A stretch of DNA of 24,084 nt from positions 1 to 24,084 of the IMG/VR virus record IMGVR_UViG_3300030330_006582; one strand, 5' to 3'. The DNA comes from a virus (lineage: Duplodnaviria; Caudoviricetes). Each line of letters starts with the position of its first letter. Position 1 is the stretch's first letter. Shown here one piece after another: positions 1 to 8,514 of the stretch. The position numbers and the translations under genes are program-made. The notes beneath the pieces were generated by a model. It was given only the letters and a program-made list of their open reading frames with translations, ran no database searches and was not told where the DNA came from.

Positions 1-283
1 CTTTTCCTAGTCTGCCTTCAGCTTTGATATATAGACCTCTGGGTTGTTCGATTGTGTTTAGAAAGTTCTTCATAACCTCTAAAGCCTCAGATGTTTTTCC
101 CCCTTCTGTTAAACCAGTAAAACGATGTAACCCAGGTCCAAACCCTCCATTCATGCATAAATCAAATTGAAGAGAGCCACTAGAAACTTTGTAATCACAC
201 TCGTCTTCAAAATTGTAATGATCACTTTTGTTTGATTTCAAGAAATTGCCTAGAATATCGTTTGGGTCTGGTCCTTCACTCAT
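1..283 (-). CDS. recA: RecA/UvsX-like recombinase, N-terminal part (runs off the window's left edge; not in the ORF track)
   Basis: Manual translation from ATG at 283: MSEGPDPNDILGNFLKSNKSDHYNFEDECDYKVSSGSLQFDLCMNGGFGPGLHRFTGLTEGGKTSEALEVMKNFLNTIEQPRGLYIKAEGRLGK. SSGSLQFD..NGG aligns to RecA STGSLSLD..GGG, Walker A is GLTEGGKT, and YIKAEGRL corresponds to FIDAEHAL. The start overlaps the upstream gene's stop (ATGAGTGA). Confidence 0.85.
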   Translation of the reverse strand, partial: MSEGPDPNDILGNFLKSNKSDHYNFEDECDYKVSSGSLQFDLCMNGGFGPGLHRFTGLTEGGKTSEALEVMKNFLNTIEQPRGLYIKAEGRLGK

Positions 284-623
284 TTAAAAAATCTTTTATT
301 GTTTTATTTTTGGGGGGGATAACCGCATCCTCTCCAACTTTTTCTCCAATATGATAAAGCTTGTATTTAGAAAAATCAACTCTAAAATTAAATGCCCTAA
401 ACTTTTCGTCCATTTTCTTTTTTAGCTTATCACTTAATATGTAAGCTAGCGAGTCAAACTTCTTGGTAAAGCTTACAATGTCCATAAATTCTAGAGAATA
501 TCGCTCACACAAAGTGTTAAGCATTTTCATTTCTCTGGCAAAAAAGGGTCTCCTTCCTTTATCGGGGACTTCCAATAAACGAAAAAGAATTTCTCTTTTG
601 TTTGGACCTTTAGACTTTGCCAC
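276..623 (-). CDS. Hypothetical basic protein, 115 aa
   Basis: GTG start coupled to the gmd stop (TAGTG), and its stop overlaps the recA start. No recognisable motif. Confidence 0.7.
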   Translation of the reverse strand: MAKSKGPNKREILFRLLEVPDKGRRPFFAREMKMLNTLCERYSLEFMDIVSFTKKFDSLAYILSDKLKKKMDEKFRAFNFRVDFSKYKLYHIGEKVGEDAVIPPKNKTIKDFLNE

Positions 624-1681
624 TATGGATACATAACAGGTCCAGCGTCCCTGTCAACCATTTTTTTCACAAGCTGTATAAAGTTGCAAGTAGGCTCCCA
701 TCCTAATTCTTCGCGAGCTTTGGTAGAATCGCCTTTCAGTAAATCCACTTCTGCTGGTCTATAAAAATCTTTATTAATCTCTACAAGACAGTCGTTACCG
801 TGAAAATATTTTTCATTAACTCCCTCGCCTCTCCAGTCAGAAACGGCTCTATGGAAACCAACAAAATTAAATGCCTCCACTACAAATTCTCTTATTGAGT
901 GAGTTTCGTTAGAGGATAAGACATAATCTTTTTCTTTGCCTCTTTCTTGATTTAACATTAACCAAACACCTTTTACGAAATCCTCTGCATCGCTCCAATC
1001 TCGTTGAGCGTCTAAGTTTCCAAGCTGTAAAGGTTTGATAACTTGACCTGTTTCAAACTCTTTAAGAATCCTAGCTACATTTTTTGTAATCTTTCTTGTG
1101 ACAAACTCTTCTCCTCTCCTAACACCCTCATGATTAAAAAGCCACCCCTGAACTGCATATAAATCATAAGACTCCCTGTAAACCTTAACTAGATGACGAG
1201 CAGAGCATTTAGAAGCAGCATACGGGCTTCTGGGGCGCAACGGGTGATTTTCATCTTGAGGTGTATAAGCTACATCGCCAAATTCCTCAGAGCTTCCTGC
1301 GTTGTAATACCTACAATGCGGAGCGATTTTTCTTAAAGACTCTAGCTGATATAAAACAGAAAGACAATTCGTTGTCATGTGGCTAACTGGTTGAGTCCAA
1401 CTATTGCCAACGAAAGAATTAGCTGCAAAATTTATAAAATAATCGGGTTTGAAATCAGAAATAACTTTATCTGTATTATGCTGATCCGTAATGTCTAAAT
1501 CAATTAATTTAAATCTTGGGTTTTTATTTAAATGTTTGATATTACAGTGGTTTTTAACACTTAATCTACGGACACCAGCGATGATTGTGTGTTCTGTGTT
1601 TTTTAAAAGGTAGTCTGCCATCAAGCTGCCATCTTGACCAGTAACTCCAGTAATAATTATAACTTTATTTTTTTTCATCAA
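623..1681 (-). CDS. gmd: GDP-mannose 4,6-dehydratase
   Basis: ITGVTGQDGS NADP-binding motif, AGSSEEFG, PRSPYAASK (YxxxK), LFNHEG, FVTRKIT, LGNLDAQRDW, YRPAEVDLLKGD. Confidence 0.95.
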   Translation of the reverse strand: MMKKNKVIIITGVTGQDGSLMADYLLKNTEHTIIAGVRRLSVKNHCNIKHLNKNPRFKLIDLDITDQHNTDKVISDFKPDYFINFAANSFVGNSWTQPVSHMTTNCLSVLYQLESLRKIAPHCRYYNAGSSEEFGDVAYTPQDENHPLRPRSPYAASKCSARHLVKVYRESYDLYAVQGWLFNHEGVRRGEEFVTRKITKNVARILKEFETGQVIKPLQLGNLDAQRDWSDAEDFVKGVWLMLNQERGKEKDYVLSSNETHSIREFVVEAFNFVGFHRAVSDWRGEGVNEKYFHGNDCLVEINKDFYRPAEVDLLKGDSTKAREELGWEPTCNFIQLVKKMVDRDAGPVMYP

Positions 1682-2687
1682 CCTTTTCTTGTATCCAGTG
1701 GTAAGTTGAAGAGATTCCGTCTGATAACGACTTGTCTGACTCCCACCCTACTTTTTCTTTAAATAGCGTATTATCAGAGTTTCTGCCTTTTACTCCCAAT
1801 GGACATTTGTGTCCATATTTTTCCTCAAATTCTTCGCCAAAAAGATTTTTAATAGATACATTTTTACCAGACGCTTCAATAGCTAACTCTGCTAGCTGAT
1901 TAATAGTCACCATTTCCTCTGATCCAATATTAACTGGACCAGAAAAATCGTCTTGAGCCATAAACTTTTCAATAGCTTTCAGGCATTCATCAATATACAA
2001 AAAAGAACGAGTTTGCTTTCCGTCTCCCCAAACTTCTATTTCTCCACCATCCTCACACTCTGCTACTTTGCGACACATCGCCGCTGGAGCTTTTTCTTTG
2101 CCTCCCTCCCAAGTTCCTTGAGGTCCAAAAATATTATGAAATCTTCCTATTCTAATATTTAAACCATAGTTTCTTTGGAAGGCTAGATATAGTCTCTCAC
2201 TAAATAACTTTTCCCAGCCATATTCTGAATCTGGATTCGCTGGATAAGCTGAAGACTCCTCACAATTAGGATTATCGGGATCAAGCTGATTGTGCTCTGG
2301 ATACATACAGGCAGAGGAAGAATAGAACACTTTACCTGCCTTTGTCCTTAATGCCTCTTTAGCTACATGAAGATTAATGAGTGCTGAATTGTGCATCACA
2401 TCGGCATCATTTTCTCCTGTGAAAATGTAACCTGCACCTCCCATATCAGCAGCTAATTGATATACTTCATCAAAAGAATGATCGGGACCAAGATCAAAAG
2501 CTTCTTTTGTAATCTTTTCATCCCTTAGGTCGGCTCTAATAAATTCATCGCAAATATCTGCCCAAGAAAAGTATTCGTGCTTTTTAATGTCTACTGCTCT
2601 TACCCAGTAATCCTGTTCCTTAAGTTTTTTTGCAAGATGACCTCCAATAAAGCCGCCACCACCTAGAATTAGTGCTGTTTTATTCAT
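1665..2687 (-). CDS. GDP-mannose 3',5'-epimerase-like extended SDR
   Basis: GGGGFIG, LAADMGGAGYI, SSSACMYP (catalytic Cys), YGWEK, GGKEKAPAAMCRK (catalytic Lys), WGDGKQTRSF. All are hallmarks of the GME subfamily. Confidence 0.85.
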   Translation of the reverse strand: MNKTALILGGGGFIGGHLAKKLKEQDYWVRAVDIKKHEYFSWADICDEFIRADLRDEKITKEAFDLGPDHSFDEVYQLAADMGGAGYIFTGENDADVMHNSALINLHVAKEALRTKAGKVFYSSSACMYPEHNQLDPDNPNCEESSAYPANPDSEYGWEKLFSERLYLAFQRNYGLNIRIGRFHNIFGPQGTWEGGKEKAPAAMCRKVAECEDGGEIEVWGDGKQTRSFLYIDECLKAIEKFMAQDDFSGPVNIGSEEMVTINQLAELAIEASGKNVSIKNLFGEEFEEKYGHKCPLGVKGRNSDNTLFKEKVGWESDKSLSDGISSTYHWIQEKVDEKK

Positions 2688-2746
2688 AATTATTTTTTTC
2701 TAAATTTTTTCTTTGTCGCTCATATTTTTGGCTAGCCTATTTAGAG

Positions 2747-2774
2747 ATTATACTATTCTGCCCTTTAAATTCAA
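2747..2774 (-). promoter_or_regulatory. Sigma70-type promoter for the GME-gmd-hyp-recA block
   Basis: Minus strand TTGAAT (2774-2769), 16 nt spacer, TATAAT (2752-2747), in the only sizeable gap of the island. Confidence 0.6.
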
Positions 2775-2783
2775 GACCTACCT

Positions 2784-3389
2784 TTATTTCGGTGTTACAA
2801 ACAAGAAGCCTTGATGTCTTAAAAAGACTTGGAAATTGTGAGTATCTTTGAAGTTTTCCAAAATTTCAGAACTGCAAGTTTTAAGACCTAGAGATTCTTG
2901 TAGGTCTCTATGTTCCCAGCCACCAAATTCATAAGCTTGATTAGGGTCGTAAAGCTTCCAATCATCTATAATGAAACAATCCTTAGAAATATCTCTATGT
3001 TTTTTTATTGTTTTTATTTCTTTGGCTAGGGGTAATGCATCATCTTTGTATGAGCGTATGGAATCTTCATAAGTCGTCTTGCCAAAATCGGCATTAGGGA
3101 AATGAGCGTCCAAGAAAAACAGCACAGATGTATCTTTGTCTAAAGATGGGACTATTTTTTCTAAGGCTTTGTGAGAATAATCATTTAAAAACTCAACATT
3201 TGAATCTTTAAATTTAATCTTAGCTTTTTTTATTAAATCTTCGTCTAAATCTACAGAATAATATTTATTTAGACCATACTGAAGCATATGAGAAAGGCAG
3301 ACACCTATACCAGTTCCTGTCTCTACATATATTTCGCACTTATTTTGTTTTAAAAAATCTTCTAAATTAAAAATGTTAAGCTCTCCCAT
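2784..3389 (-). CDS. Class I SAM-dependent methyltransferase-like protein
   Basis: YVETGTGIG (motif I), YSVDLD (motif II), NDYSH, FFLDAH, IIDD pattern typical of small sugar/O-methyltransferases. Confidence 0.75.
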   Translation of the reverse strand: MGELNIFNLEDFLKQNKCEIYVETGTGIGVCLSHMLQYGLNKYYSVDLDEDLIKKAKIKFKDSNVEFLNDYSHKALEKIVPSLDKDTSVLFFLDAHFPNADFGKTTYEDSIRSYKDDALPLAKEIKTIKKHRDISKDCFIIDDWKLYDPNQAYEFGGWEHRDLQESLGLKTCSSEILENFKDTHNFQVFLRHQGFLFVTPK

Positions 3390-3738
3390 ATTTCACCTTG
3401 CTATAGTTTAATGTTACTTTATCAAAAGAAGACGATATCTCCTCTTTAATTTTATTTCTATCCCAATTTAAGTCTCTGACTTCCATCGCTAAATGACCTA
3501 CTTTTTCAAAATCTGGATTATCAGATTTTACTATTTCAAATATTTTTTCTTCTACAATCCAAAGATCCAAGTTGGCTCGATATAAACGATCAGTAAATTT
3601 TTCAACTAATTCAGGTGAAAAATTAATCATTTCATTTTGATAAATATTAATTTCGTCTTCTACATTAGTAGATGTTCTTTCGGATCTAATTTTAGTTATA
3701 GTAAACCTATCTAAAATTTCTGACATTGGCATTTTCAT
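3376..3738 (-). CDS. Small helical protein, DUF6165-like
   Basis: N-terminal PMSEILDRFTITKI, central ANLDLWIVEE and C-terminal LAMEVRDLNWDRNKIKEEI resemble the DUF6165 pattern, which is usually found near glycosyltransferases. Recalled from memory. Confidence 0.55.
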   Translation of the reverse strand: MKMPMSEILDRFTITKIRSERTSTNVEDEINIYQNEMINFSPELVEKFTDRLYRANLDLWIVEEKIFEIVKSDNPDFEKVGHLAMEVRDLNWDRNKIKEEISSSFDKVTLNYSKVKYGRA

Positions 3739-4457
3739 TTTAAATATTTTTTTTCCCAGTAATTAGAGACAGTGTAAGTTTGACCTCGCTGTAAAGTAGG
3801 TCTAGATAATAAATATTTTTCACAGTTCAAAGTTTTTACAAAACCATCAATAAAGCAATGAATGGAACTCTCCACACAATAGATGGCACTAGCGTTTTTA
3901 ATTACCTTATACCAACCGACAATATTATCGTCTTTAAACTCCTGTAATTCAATAATTTTTTTGTTTAAATTTTTTGGTAGTTCAGCCTTATCATTGTTGG
4001 AGCTTGTTAGATGGGCTAAAATATAATCTTTTTCGTCTCCGACAAAATGATCATAAATTTCGTTTTCTTTTTCTATGTTCCTCGACCACTCTAAATTATG
4101 CTTGAGTCGAAAATCTAAACCTGCTAATCTGTATTTTGTTTCTTCAAATTTTTCCCAAGGAAGCTCTGCTGTTGGATGTGGTCCTCTGTCTGCTAGATTT
4201 AATATTAAATCTGGTTGAATCTGAGGAATAAGTTCTAGAGTCTTCATTGTGTCAGACCTTAACCAGTCACTATGAAGTTCCCTTTCATCAAGCTCTAAGT
4301 GAGTAACGTATGAAAATAAACCTATGATATTGGCATATTTTTTTGTAGTGGGCCAGATAACCTCATGGCCCAAATCTGCATAATGCTTGGCTATAGGAGC
4401 GCAAATAAATAGGTCTCCAAAAGCTCCAGGTTGTATTAAAAGAAGCCTATTAGACAT
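3735..4457 (-). CDS. GT-B glycosyltransferase, GT9/heptosyltransferase-like N-terminus
   Basis: The probable true start is ATG at 4457 (MSNRLLLIQPGAFGDLFICAPIAKHY, cf. GT9 'xxGD' motif), overlapping the upstream stop at 4450-4452. C-terminal IYCVESSIHC resembles the GT9 'DSGxxH' region. Confidence 0.6.
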   Translation of the reverse strand: MSNRLLLIQPGAFGDLFICAPIAKHYADLGHEVIWPTTKKYANIIGLFSYVTHLELDERELHSDWLRSDTMKTLELIPQIQPDLILNLADRGPHPTAELPWEKFEETKYRLAGLDFRLKHNLEWSRNIEKENEIYDHFVGDEKDYILAHLTSSNNDKAELPKNLNKKIIELQEFKDDNIVGWYKVIKNASAIYCVESSIHCFIDGFVKTLNCEKYLLSRPTLQRGQTYTVSNYWEKKYLK

Positions 4458-5088
4458 TGTGATTTGCTGGCAAATACTTACCCCTCTCGTTTTCGTTATA
4501 ATGGTATTTGTTTCTAGGAACAATTTTCTTACAAGTATCTTTAAAATCCTGTTCGCTTAATACAATAGGAATACCTATTTGCTCGGAAAGGGATTTTAGG
4601 CAGGTCTCTGTGTCATAGGTAAGAAATTCGTAACTCAACCAATTAAAAAATACATTTTTTTCTTCATAGCATTCTTTTAAACATTTAATAACCCACTCTA
4701 AAGATAGCTTATGAATTTCTTGTGCGGCTTCTCTTTCCATTCCTTGTGACATCAAAGATTTCACAGTTGTTTCGTGGTCGCGAATTGGACACACTACATT
4801 TATTTGGCAATCACCATACATGTCTCTAACTTTAGCTAGCAGTCTGTTAAAGGAAATGACTCCAATATTTCTCTCAAGGGGCTTAAAATATACAGCGTCA
4901 ACAACTTCTCCTTCAGAGGAGCCTGTCGGAACAGAATTCGTGTAAACTATTTTGTCAGAATCTGGTTTTGGGGGAGCAAAACCACCACCTTGGTCACCAT
5001 CACACCCAAAGAATTTTAAAAATATTGAGGCTGTTAGTTTGTTTCCGCTTCCTTGTGGTCCAACCACTAATATTATGTTTTTTTTCAT
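4450..5088 (-). CDS. Sulfotransferase-like P-loop protein
   Basis: IILVVGPQGSGNKL (5'-PSB-like loop), CPIRDHETTVKS (3'-PB RDP...S-like), LSYEFLTYDTETCLKSLSEQIGI (the 'YEdL..dP...l..l...lg' segment). ATG at 5088 forms an ATGA overlap with the upstream stop. Confidence 0.55.
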   Translation of the reverse strand: MKKNIILVVGPQGSGNKLTASIFLKFFGCDGDQGGGFAPPKPDSDKIVYTNSVPTGSSEGEVVDAVYFKPLERNIGVISFNRLLAKVRDMYGDCQINVVCPIRDHETTVKSLMSQGMEREAAQEIHKLSLEWVIKCLKECYEEKNVFFNWLSYEFLTYDTETCLKSLSEQIGIPIVLSEQDFKDTCKKIVPRNKYHYNENERGKYLPANHNV

Positions 5089-6080
5089 TTCCAATAAGAA
5101 TAAATACCCTTGTCAATTTCATATTTCATATTTTTAACTTCTCTCTGGGGTTGAGTTAAAGCCCAAGCAAACATAGATTCTACAAGTTTTGGAAAGTCCG
5201 TTTTGTCATTAAAATCTAAAAAGCTCTTAGCTTTATCGTGAGAGGGATATGCATCTTTTACCTCTAATCTTTCTTCAAGATGTATGGTGTCGGTATTATA
5301 CCCATGCCCCTTGGCAACTTCTCCCACCACTTTTGCAGCCTCATTAATTGTATAAAATTTATCAGAACCAATGTTAAAAATTTCACCATTAAATTTATCA
5401 TATCCAATTTTTTCAAAAACCTTAAAACAAGAAGATATATCAGAGAAGGCTCTAGTCTGTTTTCCGTCTCCATAAATAGTAAAAGGATTTCCGCTAATAG
5501 CCTTATTAATAAATATACCAATTACATTTCTATATCTATCCCAAATGTTTTGGTAAAGACCAATAACGTTGTGAGGACGAACAATGGTATATCTAAGATC
5601 AAATTGGTTAGCTGCTTCTCTCAAATCCATTTCAACAGTGTATTTAGCAATACCATATGGGTCTGCTGGAGTTGGAACAGAAGATTCAATAAACGGAACT
5701 TGTTGATGTCCATAAACAGCCATAGATGAAGTGAAAACTATTTTTGCACTTGTCCTAATACAAGAATTGATGACGTTCATAGAGCAAATAACATTGTTGG
5801 TGTAGTTAAAATTTCTGATGAATGGCGACAGTCCTTCTGCGGCATAAGCAGCAAAATGATAGACAGTATCAGGTTTAAAGTCATCAAATATTTTATTTAA
5901 CCGCTCACTATCAATAAGATCAATCTCCACAAACTGAAAATTTTTGTGTTCAGGTAAGAAGTCGCCATAACCTCCTGAAAAGTTATCTAACCCCATAACT
6001 TTATATCCTTGATCTAAAAAATATCTGGCAAAGTTAGCCCCAAACATTCCTGCGGAGCCTGTAATTATAATTTTTTTCAT
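5085..6080 (-). CDS. NAD-dependent epimerase/dehydratase (extended SDR)
   Basis: ITGSAGMFG, DNFSGG, HFAAYAAEGLS, FTSSMAVYG, YGIAK, RPHNVIG, YGDGKQTRAFS. Confidence 0.9.
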   Translation of the reverse strand: MKKIIITGSAGMFGANFARYFLDQGYKVMGLDNFSGGYGDFLPEHKNFQFVEIDLIDSERLNKIFDDFKPDTVYHFAAYAAEGLSPFIRNFNYTNNVICSMNVINSCIRTSAKIVFTSSMAVYGHQQVPFIESSVPTPADPYGIAKYTVEMDLREAANQFDLRYTIVRPHNVIGLYQNIWDRYRNVIGIFINKAISGNPFTIYGDGKQTRAFSDISSCFKVFEKIGYDKFNGEIFNIGSDKFYTINEAAKVVGEVAKGHGYNTDTIHLEERLEVKDAYPSHDKAKSFLDFNDKTDFPKLVESMFAWALTQPQREVKNMKYEIDKGIYSYWK

Positions 6081-6114
6081 GATTACCTTTTAATTTTCTA
6101 TTAGCTGGGACTTG

Positions 6115-6867
6115 TTACAGTTTATGTTTGTTATCCCAAAAATATTCTTCGTATGGATATTGTGGGATATCTTTAATATGTTGAGATAGTTTTTCGCCAT
6201 CAAAAAAGAAATAACCATCACCAATTCCATTAACATCATCTCTTTTATATTTATCTCTGATGAAATTGTGATTATGGAGGCTATATTTGCTAATTGTTTT
6301 TTGATTTTTAAGATGGTTGTTGTCTCCGTGTGAGTTAGATGTAAAATTATCGTATGGCGCAAAATAATTTTTAACTGGTTTTTTATATTTTAAAAATAGC
6401 CGATATGCCATATCTCCGTCTTCATTGCAAACACCCAAAAGCCTTTCATCAAACCATCCAGTATCATTTATCTGTCTTCTGTTTGCCATAAATGCAGACC
6501 AGCTTCTGCTTAAAGTAAATGTATCCTGTTCTTCAAGTTCATCAATGAACTCAAAAAATTGTTTATTAACCATAACATCGTCATTTAAAATGAGGACATG
6601 ATTTTCTGAAGAATTAATTATGCATGTATTCCATAGTTTTGCCAAAGATCGGAAGGTCGTCCAAATCATAGGGAATACATTTTTATAATCTGCACATAAC
6701 TTTAAGATGTCAGACCTATATTCGTTATTAAAATCTTCGTGAGCTTCCCCATTTACACAGCATATAATTTCTATTTCTGGTTTTATAGATTTTATTTTTT
6801 TAAGTAAAGGTATAAAATATTTTTTATATCTATATTTACAGGTAACTATTCCTATTGAATATTTCAT
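6115..6867 (-). CDS. GT-A (family 2-like) glycosyltransferase
   Basis: YSIGIVT start, LAKLWNTCI, LILNDDV (DxD-like), GWFDERLLG.NEDGD.AYR. Confidence 0.75.
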   Translation of the reverse strand: MKYSIGIVTCKYRYKKYFIPLLKKIKSIKPEIEIICCVNGEAHEDFNNEYRSDILKLCADYKNVFPMIWTTFRSLAKLWNTCIINSSENHVLILNDDVMVNKQFFEFIDELEEQDTFTLSRSWSAFMANRRQINDTGWFDERLLGVCNEDGDMAYRLFLKYKKPVKNYFAPYDNFTSNSHGDNNHLKNQKTISKYSLHNHNFIRDKYKRDDVNGIGDGYFFFDGEKLSQHIKDIPQYPYEEYFWDNKHKL

Positions 6868-6884
6868 ATAATATCGTTCTTTAT

Positions 6885-7571
6885 TTAATATTTTTCTCTA
6901 AGAGAAGATTTTAATTTTTTGTATGAATCGTTTTCTAGAGCTAAAACGCTCCCATGTTTTGTTATAGCTTTTCCCCAATAAACCTGAAAATCTAGCTCTT
7001 TAAACCTGTCATTTAATTCCCAATCCATAGGTTGTGTTATTTTGCTTTGTCCTAAATTAGAGTGCAGCTTTTTTAAGCTATCTTTTTTATAAAGAACCGT
7101 GCATAAGCCATTAGTTGCGGGGTGTTCTTTTTTGCCAAATATATCTCTATTGTCCCCCTTCCTAATCCAAGCCTCTCCTAAAAATACACAATCATAATTT
7201 ATATTTTTGCTATCGCATAAATTATCCATTGCTTTAATATAGCGAAGAGGATCTTCCTTAAAAATAACATCGTCCTCTAAAATAAAAAACTGCTCCCCAT
7301 CTTCTGAATCTGATATGTCACTAACTGCTTTTTTGTATTTCATACATAGAGACATTTCTGACCTTAACATTTCTCTATCAAAACGTCTTTGAAACTCATC
7401 TAAATCAAAATTTTCTAATATGACTTCGGAGGTTAAATCTTCTTGATCATACTCTTCAACAAACTCGAAATCTATATGAGGGAACCATTTTTCAAGCTCC
7501 GTCAGCATATGTTTCTTTCTTTCATTCAGCTTGCTGTAATGAATTATGAATATTTTAGATAAAGATGACAT
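6885..7571 (-). CDS. Glycosyltransferase family 25-like
   Basis: IFIIHYSKLNERKKHM, SEMSLCMKY, FILEDDVIF, PMDWELN. These match the GT25 (Lex2/LgtB-type) layout. Confidence 0.75.
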   Translation of the reverse strand: MSSLSKIFIIHYSKLNERKKHMLTELEKWFPHIDFEFVEEYDQEDLTSEVILENFDLDEFQRRFDREMLRSEMSLCMKYKKAVSDISDSEDGEQFFILEDDVIFKEDPLRYIKAMDNLCDSKNINYDCVFLGEAWIRKGDNRDIFGKKEHPATNGLCTVLYKKDSLKKLHSNLGQSKITQPMDWELNDRFKELDFQVYWGKAITKHGSVLALENDSYKKLKSSLREKY

Positions 7572-7587
7572 TGCTGATAATTAAAGC

Positions 7588-8514
7588 CTAACCAAATTTA
7601 ATACATTTTTTTAGGTAAGTATAAATATTATAATCAGTAAAATATTTTATTTTGGACTCTTTTACATAATCAATATATTTTTCATTGGAACCAGAAATTA
7701 TTTTTCGGATATCTTCAATGACACCCTCACTGTCAATATTAATTTTCTCAAAAGATTTAGGATTATAAAATTCATGAACTAAATTGCAGCCATCATAAAT
7801 AGGCACACAATTATTCATAAAACAGTCTGTTATTTTTTCGGATATGTAATAATCCTCTCTGGAGTTTTCAATACCTATACTAAACTCATAGTCACCTAAA
7901 GCGTCCTCTTTATATTCTGCATATCCTTTATATCGAGGGTCTTCAATGTTCCAACCTCTTCCATAAATATCAATATCCAGATCTGACTCTAGAATTCTAA
8001 TTAATAATTTTTCCCTATTAAAATAAATAGAGTCTGCATGTTTGGGAACTCCTGCAATTGCTCCATGTGCAGCTAAAATAATAGAACATTTTTTGCTTTT
8101 ATTGAAATTGTCATTTGATAAATATTCTTCCATGGAGGTTTTAATTCCTTCTCCAGCTTGCTTTACATGTGATTTAGTTGAGCCTCCAGAATCTTCACTA
8201 AACATTAGTGTAGGTGCCATCTCTGCATTTTCTCTAGAAGAAAATCTATCTACACTAGTAAAAATTTTAAAACTATTATCTAAAACCTCATCTTTTACAC
8301 AATGACTCCAACTCGGTTCCATTGTGAAGACGATGTTTTTTTCCTTGGGAACACTTAGCATTTCAGAGCTATTGTTGAAAGTTATTAAGTAATCAAAATC
8401 TGAAGCAGAAGTAATTTCAAGTCCTTGCGGTGGCTCTCCCCAGTTTCTTACAACTCTGTCAGCTAATCCCTCTGGAGTGTCCCAGTGACAAGCAAATTTT
8501 ATTTTTTTAGTCAT
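7588..8514 (-). CDS. Glycosyltransferase family 10-like (alpha-1,3/4-fucosyltransferase)
   Basis: C-terminal IDIYGRG...K...YEFSIGIENSREDYYISEKITDCF..CVPIYDG is the alpha-1,3-FucT motif. N-terminal MEP motif. Confidence 0.8.
   Translation of the reverse strand: MTKKIKFACHWDTPEGLADRVVRNWGEPPQGLEITSASDFDYLITFNNSSEMLSVPKEKNIVFTMEPSWSHCVKDEVLDNSFKIFTSVDRFSSRENAEMAPTLMFSEDSGGSTKSHVKQAGEGIKTSMEEYLSNDNFNKSKKCSIILAAHGAIAGVPKHADSIYFNREKLLIRILESDLDIDIYGRGWNIEDPRYKGYAEYKEDALGDYEFSIGIENSREDYYISEKITDCFMNNCVPIYDGCNLVHEFYNPKSFEKINIDSEGVIEDIRKIISGSNEKYIDYVKESKIKYFTDYNIYTYLKKCIKFG

Noticed and set aside
2700-2702. Amber (TAG) stop-codon reassignment
   Set aside because: TAG ends gmd at its expected length with a TAGTG overlap, and ends other genes. 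Coding density is already high under code 11.
4458-4523. N-terminal extension of the GT9-like ORF given in the track
   Set aside because: It overlaps the upstream gene by >70 nt. ATG 4457 gives a typical domain start with coupling.
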